Source: an uncultured bacterium
GTDB taxonomy: Bacteria > Chloroflexota > UBA5177 > JANWHV01
Length of the DNA: 64,000 nucleotides
Direction: 5' to 3'
NCBI GenBank assembly: GCA_963729625.1
Contig: CAVSOU010000008.1
Span: forward strand, 832,001-896,000
In this document: one piece after another, positions 40,714-50,897 of the stretch
How positions within the stretch are numbered: the first letter of the stretch is position 1
How the letters are laid out: every line of letters starts with the position of its first letter
Position numbers and translations under genes: made by a program
The notes under the pieces: model-generated
What the model was told of the DNA's origin: nothing
Seen by the model: the letters and a program-made list of their open reading frames with translations, nothing else
Database searches by the model: none

Positions 40714-41541
40714 ATGATCGCTACGCTTGGCGCATTGAGGGTCAAGTCGCTGGCAAGTGGAAGCTCGGCAAACGCCTTGCTCGTGGAGTCGCCCTCGGCC
40801 ACACTGCTCGTCGATGCGGGGCTCAGCGCGCGCCAGCTTGCCGGATTGATTCGACAGTGCGGAGTGTTCCAGTCACCGCTTGCAGCGATCCTGGTTACTC
40901 ACGAACATTCTGACCACGTCACCGGCGCGGACGTGCTTGCTCGCCAAACGGGTGCGTCGCTCATTGCCACAGCCGGCACGCTGAGGGCGATGCGGCTCGG
41001 CGCGAAGGTAGATCAACAGCCGCTCCGCCCTGGCAGCGTTCGCACGGTGGGTCCATTTGAGATCTATGCCTTCCCCGTTCCGCATGATGCCGCTGAGCCA
41101 GTCGGCTACCACGTCACATATGGCGACTGGCGAGTTGGTATCGCGACCGATCTGGGACACTGTTCCGCGCCCGTGCGCGAGGCACTCCGCGACACACACC
41201 TTACGATTATCGAGGCGAATCACGACCGCGGCCGATTGGCCGCGAATCGCGATTACTCGGCACTGCTCAAGAAGCGGATTGCCGGGGACCAGGGCCATCT
41301 CGCCAACGAGCAGACCGCCGAGCTGTTGCAGGAGCTCGCGGATATCGGGCAGGACCGGTGGGTATGGCTTGCACATCTGAGCCAGGAAAACAACCGTCCT
41401 TCGATTGCGATGGCGGCAGTGCATCGCCATTTCAGCCTGCTTCACCGCACACCACCGTTCGAGCTTCTTGTCGCTGAGCGCGATCGTCCCAGCGTTGAAT
41501 GGGACACGCGGTCGCTGTTCAGGCAGCGACAGCTATTTTAG
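40714..41541 (+). CDS. MBL-fold metallo-hydrolase (YycJ/WalJ-like)
   Basis: LASGSSAN, DAG, THEHSDH, PHDA, TDLG, EANH, GHL, HLS. Confidence 0.9.
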   Translation: MIATLGALRVKSLASGSSANALLVESPSATLLVDAGLSARQLAGLIRQCGVFQSPLAAILVTHEHSDHVTGADVLARQTGASLIATAGTLRAMRLGAKVDQQPLRPGSVRTVGPFEIYAFPVPHDAAEPVGYHVTYGDWRVGIATDLGHCSAPVREALRDTHLTIIEANHDRGRLAANRDYSALLKKRIAGDQGHLANEQTAELLQELADIGQDRWVWLAHLSQENNRPSIAMAAVHRHFSLLHRTPPFELLVAERDRPSVEWDTRSLFRQRQLF

Positions 41542-41557
41542 GAAGGGACACCAATCC

Positions 41558-42685
41558 GTGAAACTGTACGAGCATCAGGGAAAGGATCTCTTTCGCGCGG
41601 CAGGCATGCCGGTGCCGCAGGGCGAAGTGGCGACGACGCCTGATGAAGTCGCCGCAATCGCATCGCGCCTCGGCCGCGTCGTGATCAAGGCGCAGGTGCA
41701 TGCCGGGGGACGGGGCAAGGCCGGGGGGGTCAAAGTGGCGTTGCCATCGGAAGCACGCGACGTCGCCGGTGCCATTCTGGGCATGACCATCAAGGGACTC
41801 ACGGTTGAAAAGGTGCTTGTCGAGCCTGCTCTGCACATCGCGAGCGAATATTACGCCGGCATCGCCAACGATCGGTCCAGCAAACGCTTCGTATTGATGC
41901 TGAGCGCTATGGGTGGCATAGACATCGAAGAGGTCGCCCACTCCAATCCTCAGGCCATTGTTCGGGTTCACATCGACCCTGCATACGGCCTACTGGGCTT
42001 CGACGTGCGCGAGGCAATGAAGACCGCGGGCTTCGACCGGTCAAAAGCTCGCGACCTTGGCGCGACGCTCAAGAGCCTCTACGAGACTGTCATACGCCAT
42101 GATTGCCTCTTGGCCGAAATCAATCCTCTGGCCATTACCGACGAAGGCGACGTCGTAGTTGCGGATGCCAAGGTCGACATCGACGACAATGCCGTCTACA
42201 GGCACCCAGATCTGCTGCCCTGGCGCGATGGCTCGTTCGACAATGAGATGGACCGGCTGGCGAGCGAGCAGGGCCTGACGTACGTACACCTTGGTGGCGA
42301 TATTGGCGTCATAGGCAATGGAGCCGGCCTCGTCATGAACACGCTCGACGTCGTGACGGCAAGCGGTGCAAGGCCCGCCAATTTCCTCGACATCGGCGGC
42401 GGCGCCCAGGCCGGGCAAGTCGCCAAGGCGGTCAACATGGTGCTCAGCGACCCTCATGTCGTGGGTATCATCTTCAATATTTTCGGCGGTATTACGCGCT
42501 GCGATGAAGTTGCAAAGGGCATGCTGCAGGCAGCACGTGACCTGGAGATTCGCGTCCCAGTGGTGGTGCGCCTCGCCGGCACGCAAGAGGCAGAGGGCCG
42601 TCGACTTCTGCAGGGCAGCCGCTTTATGCCGGTCGCCGGCGTCGAGGAAGCGGCACAGTCTATTCAACAGTTGCTTGGTCGCTAG
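41558..42685 (+). CDS. sucC: Succinyl-CoA synthetase beta subunit
   Basis: MKLYEHQGK, KAQVHAGGRGKAGGV, EINPL, GNGAGL, PANFLDIGGG, NIFGGITRCD. Confidence 0.96.
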   Translation: MKLYEHQGKDLFRAAGMPVPQGEVATTPDEVAAIASRLGRVVIKAQVHAGGRGKAGGVKVALPSEARDVAGAILGMTIKGLTVEKVLVEPALHIASEYYAGIANDRSSKRFVLMLSAMGGIDIEEVAHSNPQAIVRVHIDPAYGLLGFDVREAMKTAGFDRSKARDLGATLKSLYETVIRHDCLLAEINPLAITDEGDVVVADAKVDIDDNAVYRHPDLLPWRDGSFDNEMDRLASEQGLTYVHLGGDIGVIGNGAGLVMNTLDVVTASGARPANFLDIGGGAQAGQVAKAVNMVLSDPHVVGIIFNIFGGITRCDEVAKGMLQAARDLEIRVPVVVRLAGTQEAEGRRLLQGSRFMPVAGVEEAAQSIQQLLGR

Positions 42686-42730
42686 AGTGAGCCTGCAATG
42701 CGGGCGCGGCGACCGGAAGGAGCACCGCAA

Positions 42731-42970
42731 GTGGGTCAAAAGAGTGAACAGTACCCGGATATCGTAGACAATGAATTCTTCGTGGCGTGGGATGATCCTG
42801 ATACTGAAACGGTATCCGTGGGCTTCCTGGAACGCAGCATGGTAATGGACTTCGACTATGCCGAGTTCCTCGAATTGGCCGAGGCTGTCGACACAATTCG
42901 CGACTACATCAACAAGAGTCGAGTACGCCGGTCCTCCGGCGCAAACGGCAAATCGGCTGAGAGCAACTAG
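42731..42970 (+). CDS. Small acidic hypothetical protein
   Basis: GAAGGAG RBS + GTG; coding-like composition; sits in the sucC-coaE-greA run. Confidence 0.7.
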   Translation: MGQKSEQYPDIVDNEFFVAWDDPDTETVSVGFLERSMVMDFDYAEFLELAEAVDTIRDYINKSRVRRSSGANGKSAESN

Positions 42971-42997
42971 GGTTATCGCTGGGGGACGGGTTCGGCG

Positions 42998-43627
42998 TTG
43001 CTCAAGATAGGTGTCACGGGAAACATTGCCTGCGGCAAGTCCACAGTCGATGCGATGATTAGCGAACTGACGGGCGCGACGATCATCGATGCCGATCGCG
43101 TGACGCACCACCTGCTCCGTGACGATGTGCAGGTGCGCGAGGCGGTGATCGAGGCCTTCGGACCTGGAATCCTCCACGCGGACGGGCGTATCGACCGCGC
43201 AATGCTGGGCCGCGTCGCGTTCAGCTCCGCGCAGGAATTGCTTCGCCTCGAGCAAATCGTGCATCCGGCGGTGCGCAGCGCAATCCGGAAGACACTGTCC
43301 GAGTTAGGTGAAGACGGCGCGGTCGTGGTCGATGCGGTCAAGCTTCTTGGAGGGGACCTCGGCGGTTCAGTGGACTATGTGTGGTGGGTAACTGCCGATC
43401 CGAAGCAGCAACTCGAACGATTGATGCGGGCGCGAGGCCTCCCCGAAGAAGAGGCGCGATCCAGAATCGCCGTTCAACCTTCCCTGGACCTGTATCGTAG
43501 TCAAGTTCATGCTATTATTGACAATTCCGGCAGCTTGGCGGAAACTCGCAACCAAGTTGTTGCGGCCCTGAGCGTAGGTTTTATCCGAGCGAGACTGCCA
43601 GGCTTGCCAGGTTCAGCCGATAGTTGA
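42998..43627 (+). CDS. coaE: Dephospho-CoA kinase
   Basis: IGVTGNIACGKS, IDAD, IDRAMLG, VHPAV, IDNSGS. Confidence 0.94.
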   Translation: MLKIGVTGNIACGKSTVDAMISELTGATIIDADRVTHHLLRDDVQVREAVIEAFGPGILHADGRIDRAMLGRVAFSSAQELLRLEQIVHPAVRSAIRKTLSELGEDGAVVVDAVKLLGGDLGGSVDYVWWVTADPKQQLERLMRARGLPEEEARSRIAVQPSLDLYRSQVHAIIDNSGSLAETRNQVVAALSVGFIRARLPGLPGSADS

Positions 43628-43645
43628 GGAATGGAACGCCAGTAG

Positions 43646-44107
43646 ATGAATGACAAGCCCATACCGCTCACCGCCGAAGGTCGCGCTCAGATCGAGGCGG
43701 AATACCAGCACCTGATCAACGTGCGACGCGCGGAGGTCGCGGCTCAGATTGGCGCTGCGGCGGAAGATGGCGATTTGTCCGAGAACGCCGCATACGATCA
43801 TGCGAAGGACGAACAGGCACTGCTCGAGGGGCGTATCGCCCAACTAGAGCACTTCCTTCGTAATGCCGTGCTGATCGAGGCGCCGGCAGGCGGCACGGTT
43901 CAGCTCGGCGCCATGGTTACTATCGAGCAGGATGGCGAGCAGGACACGTACACGATTGTAGGTCCGCTCGAGGCGGCGCCGACCAAAGGCCGGATCTCGA
44001 ATGAGTCGCCGATTGGGCGAGCCCTCCTCAACCACGCAGCGGGCGACGTCGTGGAGGTCAATGCGCCGGCCGGGATGCGCACCGTGAAGATCTTAGCGAT
44101 ACGCTGA
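43646..44107 (+). CDS. greA: Transcription elongation factor GreA
   Basis: GDLSENAAY, ISNESPIGRALL. Confidence 0.96.
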   Translation: MNDKPIPLTAEGRAQIEAEYQHLINVRRAEVAAQIGAAAEDGDLSENAAYDHAKDEQALLEGRIAQLEHFLRNAVLIEAPAGGTVQLGAMVTIEQDGEQDTYTIVGPLEAAPTKGRISNESPIGRALLNHAAGDVVEVNAPAGMRTVKILAIR

Positions 44108-44116
44108 CCTTATCGC

Positions 44117-44761
44117 ATGCACCTCTATATTGTCCGGCACGGTCAGTCAACCGGGAACATTACTACGGACGATGTGCCGGACGGTGAACTAACCCCGCTC
44201 GGCCGGCGGCAGGTGCACGAGACTGCCGCTCTTCTGGCGCGTGAAGGCATCACTCACGTGCTGAGCAGCCCGCTCGTGCGTGCACTGGCCACGGCTACGG
44301 CCATTGCAGATAGGGCAAGGATCGATCGGATCGAGGTGTGGCGGGAGTTACAGGAAGATCGGCGGTCGCTGCATCGCGGTTTCGGCCGCGCCGACTTGCT
44401 GAGGCTCTTTCCCAAAGCCACATTCGCTGATGGCTTCGAGGAATCCGGGTGGGATCACGGCGGCGAGACGTACGAATCCGCGCTCGAACGCGCCGTCTCG
44501 GCCGTGGCTGCGCTTCGTGCCCGGCACGAGTCCGGGGATCGTGTGGTGGTTGCCACGCACGGCGCCTTCGGCTGCTACATGCTGCGCGCGCTCTTGCATG
44601 TGCCAGCCCAACTATCCGCATGGTTCCGCATGAACAACTGCGGAATCAGCCGGATCGAGTTCGTAGAACCGCGTCCTGAAGACATGGCGTCGGGCTACGA
44701 TAGCGCGGTGACTGAAGTCATCTGCATGAACGACGTCTCGCACATGTCCGAGATCTCATGA
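44117..44761 (+). CDS. Histidine phosphatase family protein
   Basis: VRHGQS, LTPLG, SSPLVRA, GGET, ATHG. Confidence 0.92.
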   Translation: MHLYIVRHGQSTGNITTDDVPDGELTPLGRRQVHETAALLAREGITHVLSSPLVRALATATAIADRARIDRIEVWRELQEDRRSLHRGFGRADLLRLFPKATFADGFEESGWDHGGETYESALERAVSAVAALRARHESGDRVVVATHGAFGCYMLRALLHVPAQLSAWFRMNNCGISRIEFVEPRPEDMASGYDSAVTEVICMNDVSHMSEIS

Positions 44762-44866
44762 GGTCGCAGCACTGCTACACTTGGTTCGGCAGGGCGTTTC
44801 GAACGCCTGGGGCGTTGTTGTCTCTACGTTGCGACGGCCGCCACGGTGTTTCAGATTGGGAGGCTC

Positions 44867-45844
44867 ATGCGGGCGGTACGTATCCACAGCATCGGCGGAC
44901 CTGAGGTACTGCAGCTGGAAGAGGCGCCCACGCCGGAACCTGGCCGCAACGAGCTGCTGATTCGCCTCCGTGCCGCGGCCGTCAGTCGAAGCGATCTGCT
45001 GCTTCGCGAAGGACGCATTCCAATAGGAAAGAGCATGCCGCATATTCTTGGCGGTGATGGCGCCGGTGCGGTGATTCGCGGTACGGGCGGCGACGCGCGG
45101 CCAGGCGACCGCGTGTTCGTCAGTGGCGATGTGTTGGGGCGGCTGCGCGACGGCACCTACGCCGAGTTTATCACCGTACCTGCTTCGCTCGCGTTTCCCA
45201 TGCCGCGCGACATGCGCTATGAGGATGCGGCTGCTCTGGGTATGACCGCCTACACGGCATGGCAGGCGCTGGTCGATCGCGCCGCCATTCAGTCGGCCCA
45301 ATGGGTCATTGTCCACGCAGCGGGAAGCGGCGTAGGTGTAGCAGCGATTCAGATAGCCAAGCTTCTGGGCGCCAGGGTCATCGCGACCGCCAGCGCCGAC
45401 GCCAAGCTCGACCAGGCCCGGCAGCTCGGCGCGGACCACGCGATCAATTACTCGCGGACGAACTTCGTTACCCAGGTGCGCCACATGACGAACAATCGGG
45501 GCGTGGACGTCGTCATCGATACGGTGGGCGGAGATGTGTTTCATCGCAGCCTCGAGTGCCTGGCGGTAGGCGGCCGCTTGATCTCGGTTGGCACCGTAGG
45601 AGGATCCGCCGTGAATGTCGACCTCCAGCACCTCGTGTCGCGAGGCATCAGCGTCATAGGCCTGAACGCCGGCATTTTACCGCCCTATCAGGCGGCGGAT
45701 CGCTATCGGCAGCTTTACGACCTCGTCGCTCACGATCGCTTGCACGCCGTGATCGACCGCGTGCTCTCGCTTTCCGATGCACCGCTCGCTCACAAGCTTC
45801 TCGCCACGCGAAGCCATTTCGGCAAGATCGTGCTGAGGACCTGA
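44867..45844 (+). CDS. NADPH:quinone reductase / MDR family oxidoreductase
   Basis: GGPEVL, AAGSGVG, GVDVVIDTVG, HFGKIVL. Confidence 0.92.
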   Translation: MRAVRIHSIGGPEVLQLEEAPTPEPGRNELLIRLRAAAVSRSDLLLREGRIPIGKSMPHILGGDGAGAVIRGTGGDARPGDRVFVSGDVLGRLRDGTYAEFITVPASLAFPMPRDMRYEDAAALGMTAYTAWQALVDRAAIQSAQWVIVHAAGSGVGVAAIQIAKLLGARVIATASADAKLDQARQLGADHAINYSRTNFVTQVRHMTNNRGVDVVIDTVGGDVFHRSLECLAVGGRLISVGTVGGSAVNVDLQHLVSRGISVIGLNAGILPPYQAADRYRQLYDLVAHDRLHAVIDRVLSLSDAPLAHKLLATRSHFGKIVLRT

Positions 45845-46023
45845 AGTCCGCGCTCTCGATGCCGCCGATCGGCACACGTTTCCCGTCAAGGGGCGGACAA
45901 TGGCCTCCGAAGATAGCATTCAGCCGTGCGCAGGCGCCTGCCAGCCGGGATAGCGCGAGGCCGGGGAGACGTCCGAAGTGGTCGGCGGGTGGGAGCACAC
46001 ATGCAGCGATGGGACGTATAGCG

Positions 46024-47076
46024 ATGATCTCTTCACTTAGATATGGCATTGTCGGTTGTGGCGTCATAGGACCGACCCACGCCGAGGCAGTCTCAGGGTT
46101 GGCCGGCGCCGAACTGATTGCCGTCTGCGACGTCGTTCTGGAGCGGGCGTCCAAACTGGCCGGCCGATTTGGCGCGATCGCGTACCAGGATCTCGGTGAG
46201 ATGCTAGCGAACGAACGATTGGATCTGGTCAGCATCTGCACGCCGAGCGGCAACCATGGCACGCACGCGTGCGCGGCGATGTGCGCCGGCGCGCACGTGA
46301 TAGTGGAGAAGCCGATGGAGATCACGCGACCCGCACTGGACGAGATGCTGCGCGTGCAGCGGGCGTGTGGCGTGCAACTAGCGGTGATCAGCCAGCACCG
46401 CTTCGATTCGGCCAGCGTGCAGGTCCACGATCTGGCACTCGAGGGCGCATTTGGCCGTTTTGTTCTCGGCGTCGCCCATGTTCCCTGGTGGCGGTCTCAG
46501 GAGTACTACGATAGCGGAGCCTGGCGAGGGACCTGGGCGCTCGACGGCGGCGGCGCGCTGATGAATCAGGCGATCCATTCCGTCGATCTCCTGACCTGGC
46601 TTTTAGGCCGCGTGAAGAGCGTCCGTGCGTACTCGGATACACTGGTCCACCGCATGGAGACTGAAGATGTTGCGGCAGCCGTTCTTCGTTTTGCTAACGG
46701 CGCGCTCGGCACGATCACGGCGACGACAGGCGCCTACCCGGGTGTCACGACGCGCGTTGAGGTATTTGGCGATAGCGGCTCGGCAGTGATCGAGGCGGAC
46801 AACCTGGCCTACCTGCACCTGCGTCGTGATGATGCCGGAGAGGCCGGACCGTACGGAGTCGCTTCAGGGAAGACGTCCACGGCACGTGCGGGAGAGACCG
46901 CTTCGAACGCGGCCGCCGTGGCGATCTCGAGCCACACCCTGCAGATTGCCGACATGATCCGTGCTGTTCGCGAAGGCGGAACGCCGCTGCTGGGCGGCCA
47001 GGAGGCGCGGCATGCGGTCGACGTGATCCTGAGCATCTATGAATCTGCCCGCACAGGCAAGGAGGTCGTGGTCTGA
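46024..47076 (+). CDS. Gfo/Idh/MocA family oxidoreductase
   Basis: GIVGCGVIG, CTPSGNH, VEKPM, DGGGALMNQAIH. Confidence 0.94.
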   Translation: MISSLRYGIVGCGVIGPTHAEAVSGLAGAELIAVCDVVLERASKLAGRFGAIAYQDLGEMLANERLDLVSICTPSGNHGTHACAAMCAGAHVIVEKPMEITRPALDEMLRVQRACGVQLAVISQHRFDSASVQVHDLALEGAFGRFVLGVAHVPWWRSQEYYDSGAWRGTWALDGGGALMNQAIHSVDLLTWLLGRVKSVRAYSDTLVHRMETEDVAAAVLRFANGALGTITATTGAYPGVTTRVEVFGDSGSAVIEADNLAYLHLRRDDAGEAGPYGVASGKTSTARAGETASNAAAVAISSHTLQIADMIRAVREGGTPLLGGQEARHAVDVILSIYESARTGKEVVV

Positions 47077-47918
47077 TGGTTACCCTATCGGCGTTTGCGG
47101 ACGAGATATCACCTGAGCTGGACGAGCAGATCGCGGTACTGCGCGAGGAGGGCATCCATCACCTCGAGCTGAGGAGCGTATGGACGACCAACGTCCTGGA
47201 TCTAACGGACGCGCAGCTTCAGATTATCTCCGCGGCACTGGACAAGGCGGAAATCGCGGTCTCTGCCATTGGCTCTCCGATTGGAAAAGTACCGATCGAT
47301 GCCCCGTTCGATATACACGTTCATCGGTTTGAGCGAGCGGTGACCGTGGCGCGCTATCTCGGCGCGCCCTTCATCAGGATCTTCTCGTTCTATCCTCCTG
47401 CTGATTCGCGGCCCGGCATCAACATGGACATGGCTCTGCATCGCGACGACGTGCTTCTGCGCTTGCGCGAGCTGACCGCACGAGCGCGGGCCGCGGATGT
47501 TGTGCTCCTGCACGAAAACGAGAAGGACATCTATGGTGACACGATTGCTCGCTGCGTCGACCTCTGTGAGAGTATTGCGGATCCACATTTCGGCGCGGTG
47601 TTCGATCCTGCCAATTTCATCCAATGCGGCCAGCGTCCATTCCCCGACGGGTTCGGCGTGTTGGAGCCCTGGCTGCGCTACGTCCACGTGAAGGATGCCC
47701 TTGCGGATGGAACGGTAGTGCCCGTCGGTTCGGGGGTTGGCGACTGGCCCTCGGTACTCCAGCGTCTGCAGGGCGCCGGCTACGAAGGGGTGCTCTCGCT
47801 CGAGCCACACCTGGCGGAAAGCAGCCGCTTTAGTGGATTCAGCGGGCCCGATCGATTTCACGAGGCGGCCGGCGCGCTCAAGAATCTGCTTCGCGCGCTG
47901 GACTGGAACTTTGCCTGA
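47076..47918 (+). CDS. Sugar phosphate isomerase/epimerase (xylose isomerase-like TIM barrel)
   Basis: LSAFADEI, GSPIGK, HENEK, FDPANF, HVKD, LEPHL; TGATG coupling to the upstream gene. Confidence 0.92.
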   Translation: MVTLSAFADEISPELDEQIAVLREEGIHHLELRSVWTTNVLDLTDAQLQIISAALDKAEIAVSAIGSPIGKVPIDAPFDIHVHRFERAVTVARYLGAPFIRIFSFYPPADSRPGINMDMALHRDDVLLRLRELTARARAADVVLLHENEKDIYGDTIARCVDLCESIADPHFGAVFDPANFIQCGQRPFPDGFGVLEPWLRYVHVKDALADGTVVPVGSGVGDWPSVLQRLQGAGYEGVLSLEPHLAESSRFSGFSGPDRFHEAAGALKNLLRALDWNFA

Positions 47919-48040
47919 GCACTGACAAAGAGCGATCAAGGATGCTTGTCGGGGGCTGGAGCGATGCCTGCACCACCGACCGTGCCTGATCGCCTAAGCG
48001 TCTCCAGAATTGACCTCCAGCTGCGGCAGAATGGATGGAA

Positions 48041-48207
48041 GGGCGACCCACCGGGAACCGCCGGGGTACCTGCCCGAAGGGCGGGTCGTCGCGGGTCGTG
48101 GTACCCCGGGCTGCGGCGGGTTGCGCGCACTGTGGGCATTTCATCCGCCGGGATGGCGCTCGACCCGCTTCGCGGGTACCCCGGCGTCATCGGGGACTGC
48201 GGTCGCC
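48041..48207. repeat. Nested inverted-repeat element (REP/MITE-like or structured RNA)
   Basis: ggcgacc/ggtcgcc, cgccggggtacc/ggtaccccggcg and gcgggtcg/cgacccgc pairs; third ggtaccccgg copy at 48100. Confidence 0.6.
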
Positions 48208-48423
48208 GTTCTCAGGGCTAAACCGCGGGATGCCAGTAGGTGCGCCTTGCACATGACCGCTGAACTCGCTTACGCTGTAGGGCGTGAGACGCAAAGCGCT
48301 TGATCTCACCGGTGTTGCCCTGATCATCGCTTGCATTGCCTGGATTGGCCTTACTCAGCCGTTCGCCGGGCGCGATGCGCCGCGCATTACCACCTGGGCC
48401 ACGCCCGCGGCCTCGCCTCACCC

Positions 48424-50778
48424 GTGAAGCGCGCGACGACCGGCACTGAGCCGGCTCACCGGAGCCTTACTGTTCGCTATCCCCTTGCTCTCGTGTACCT
48501 TTCCCTATGCCTGATTGCCTGTATGTACCTGGGCAGCCTCGGTCTTGCGCCCGCGCTTCCGGCCGGCCTTGCCGCGTCAGGCGCTGCGGGGCTTGTCGCG
48601 TTCCGCCGCTGGCCGCTGGCGATCCTCGTGCTGCTCGCGGGACTGGCAGGTAGTTCCGGCGCCTGGCGCTACCAGGACGCGTCGTACCGCGACAGCCCCG
48701 ACCAGGTGGCGCATTATACGGGCCGCAGCGGCGTAGCCGTGGGCGTGGTGGACAGCGAGCCGCAGTCCGCGGGGCACGGCGTGAACCTCACGGTGCGGAT
48801 TGAATCCCTCACGCTGAATGGGTTTGCACGTCCAGTGCAGGGTCGTGTGCTCGTGCACTACGCGGGTGCACAGGACGTAGCGTACGGCGATCGCATTTCC
48901 CTCACGGGCAAGCTGACGCTGCCGCTCAATCTATCCGGCTTCGATTATCGTGCCTATCTGGCACATCTGGGCATTCGCGCTACACTCGACTATCCGTTAC
49001 TGTCGATTCAGGAGCACAGTCAGGGCAATCCGCTAGAGGGACTTGCGTACCGGCTGCGCGATGCCATTCGGCGGGCAATACGTGGGATGCTGCCGCAGGA
49101 GGCTGCCGCCCTGCTGATCGGCATCCTTCTGGGGGCGCCGACGCGTTCGCTTGGATCGTTGACGGCGCCGTTCGTGTCAACCGGCATGATCCATATCGTC
49201 GCCATTTCCGGCCTGAAAGTCGCCCTTGTCGCCGGCGTGTTCAGCCGCTGCTCGGCCACGCTGCCGCTGCGAATCCGTTGGGTCGCCCCGCTCATCGCGG
49301 TTTCAGCCTACACACTTATCAGCGGCGCGACTCCGTCCGGGCTGCGGTCTGCCCTGATGTGGATGCTTGCGTTGGCCGCACTCCAGCTTGGGAGGCAGAG
49401 CTACGTGTGGGTCAGCCTCGCCGTGGTAGCCGCCGGGATGGCCTTCTGGAATCCCGAGTTGCTCTGGGACACGGGATTTCGGCTGTCGGTCATGGGCACG
49501 GCAGGCATCGTAGCCTTCTCCGGGCGGTTGGAACACGTGCTTCACCACCTGCCGCGCATCCTTCGCGAGTCTGTCGCGGTCACCCTTGCCGCTCAAATTG
49601 CCACTGTGCCGATCACGGCTTCGGGTTTCGGACAGATCTCGCTCGTCGGTCCCCTGGCAAACGGCCTGCTCCTCCCGCTGCTTGGGCCGATAATGGGTCT
49701 CGGCGGCTTCGCGGCGTTGGTGGCGGTTCTGAGCCCGCCGGCAGGCCATGTGCTTGCCTTCGTGGTGTTTCCTCTACTCATGCTCTTTGTCGGCGTGGTC
49801 CGGGCTCTATCCGTGCTTCCGTTGGCGGCGTGGTCAACGCCCAGTGTCGTGGCCGGCTTTGCCCTTGGCTACTATGCGCTGTTAATCGTAGTGGCCCTCC
49901 GGAAGTCGAAAGTCGAACTACCGGCATTGAGCGGCGCGAAGCTGTTCTCCGAGGCGTGGCACACAGTGCCGCGAGGTCTTGCTGCCGGCTGTGTCGTGGT
50001 AGCTATCACGGCCCCAGTGGCGTTGAGCCGCCCTCCGGAGCAACCACAGCTGACCGTCGCCGGTAGCGGCGGCGACACCGTCGAGCTTATCCAGGGCAGC
50101 CGCCAGGAGGCAATCCTCGTGGATGGCGGGGCACTTCCGGTTCCGCTCCAGACACTGCTCGGTCGGCACCTGCCCTTCTGGCAACGTGGCCTGTCCGCGG
50201 TGTTCGTCTCCGAGCCCGATATCGCTCACCTGGGCGGACTGGCAGGCGTGGCCTCACTGTACGACGTGGGGGAGGCGTTCGATGCCGGCGCGATCTACCC
50301 GTCGGCTGCCTATGCCGCATGGCGGGCTGAGGTGCGCGACGCGCGCCTCAATAGGCTCCAGGTGACGTTGGGCCGGCGAATCGGCTTCGGTGAGGGCATC
50401 GCGGTCGACGTGCTGCAACCAGTGGCGCTCAGTCTGGATAATGACCCAGCGCCCGTCGCATATTACCTCAGGGTTGGCACGCTCACCGCGCTGGTGCTCA
50501 ACCGCGAGGCGGTCGTCGCCGAGCCGACGAAACTGGTTGCCGATGGGCGCTGCATCGATATCCTGATCTTGCCCGCGCGCATGGATGTCGATTCCGCCCT
50601 CGCTGTCGCCCGCTATCTGCACCCCCGAACCGTGGTACTCCCCCAGGCCGGGAAGGGTAGAAGCGGCCCGACTGCCTCGCAACTGCAGGCGACTCTGCCC
50701 GGCGCCCGTGTGTGGACGGCGGCGGAAGGATCGGAGCTGACGCTCAGCGCGTCCGATGGTCGTTGCGCAGGCGTGTGA
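48424..50778 (+). CDS. comEC: ComEC/Rec2 competence protein
   Basis: OB/DUF4131 region (FDYRAYL), TGMIHIVAISGL, PSGLRS, GFRLS, TLAAQ, LAN; degenerate C-terminal MBL; start uncertain. Confidence 0.9.
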   Translation: MKRATTGTEPAHRSLTVRYPLALVYLSLCLIACMYLGSLGLAPALPAGLAASGAAGLVAFRRWPLAILVLLAGLAGSSGAWRYQDASYRDSPDQVAHYTGRSGVAVGVVDSEPQSAGHGVNLTVRIESLTLNGFARPVQGRVLVHYAGAQDVAYGDRISLTGKLTLPLNLSGFDYRAYLAHLGIRATLDYPLLSIQEHSQGNPLEGLAYRLRDAIRRAIRGMLPQEAAALLIGILLGAPTRSLGSLTAPFVSTGMIHIVAISGLKVALVAGVFSRCSATLPLRIRWVAPLIAVSAYTLISGATPSGLRSALMWMLALAALQLGRQSYVWVSLAVVAAGMAFWNPELLWDTGFRLSVMGTAGIVAFSGRLEHVLHHLPRILRESVAVTLAAQIATVPITASGFGQISLVGPLANGLLLPLLGPIMGLGGFAALVAVLSPPAGHVLAFVVFPLLMLFVGVVRALSVLPLAAWSTPSVVAGFALGYYALLIVVALRKSKVELPALSGAKLFSEAWHTVPRGLAAGCVVVAITAPVALSRPPEQPQLTVAGSGGDTVELIQGSRQEAILVDGGALPVPLQTLLGRHLPFWQRGLSAVFVSEPDIAHLGGLAGVASLYDVGEAFDAGAIYPSAAYAAWRAEVRDARLNRLQVTLGRRIGFGEGIAVDVLQPVALSLDNDPAPVAYYLRVGTLTALVLNREAVVAEPTKLVADGRCIDILILPARMDVDSALAVARYLHPRTVVLPQAGKGRSGPTASQLQATLPGARVWTAAEGSELTLSASDGRCAGV

Positions 50779-50897
50779 AACATGGCGGTATGCCGGCGGG
50801 GCCGTTTGGCCGGCGGCTTTGGTCTTGAAGGCATATAAGAATTCCCGCCGACGTGGTTCGACCCAGTGCCAGCCTCACGATCTCCACGCTGCCGCGG

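Noticed and set aside
45259-46023. 605-aa ORF suggesting a fusion to the Gfo/Idh/MocA protein
   Set aside because: The upstream part overlaps the quinone reductase in another frame; the real domain starts near 46024
48041-48207. 6S RNA, SRP RNA or hammerhead ribozyme identity for the palindromic element
   Set aside because: No central unpaired bubble, no SRP GGAA/AGCAG motif, and the minus-strand CCGAUGA...GAUGAAA does not fit the CUGANGA/GAAA core
50850-50880. GGTTCGACCC, tRNA T-loop-like
   Set aside because: No T-stem, acceptor stem or CCA; not a tRNA
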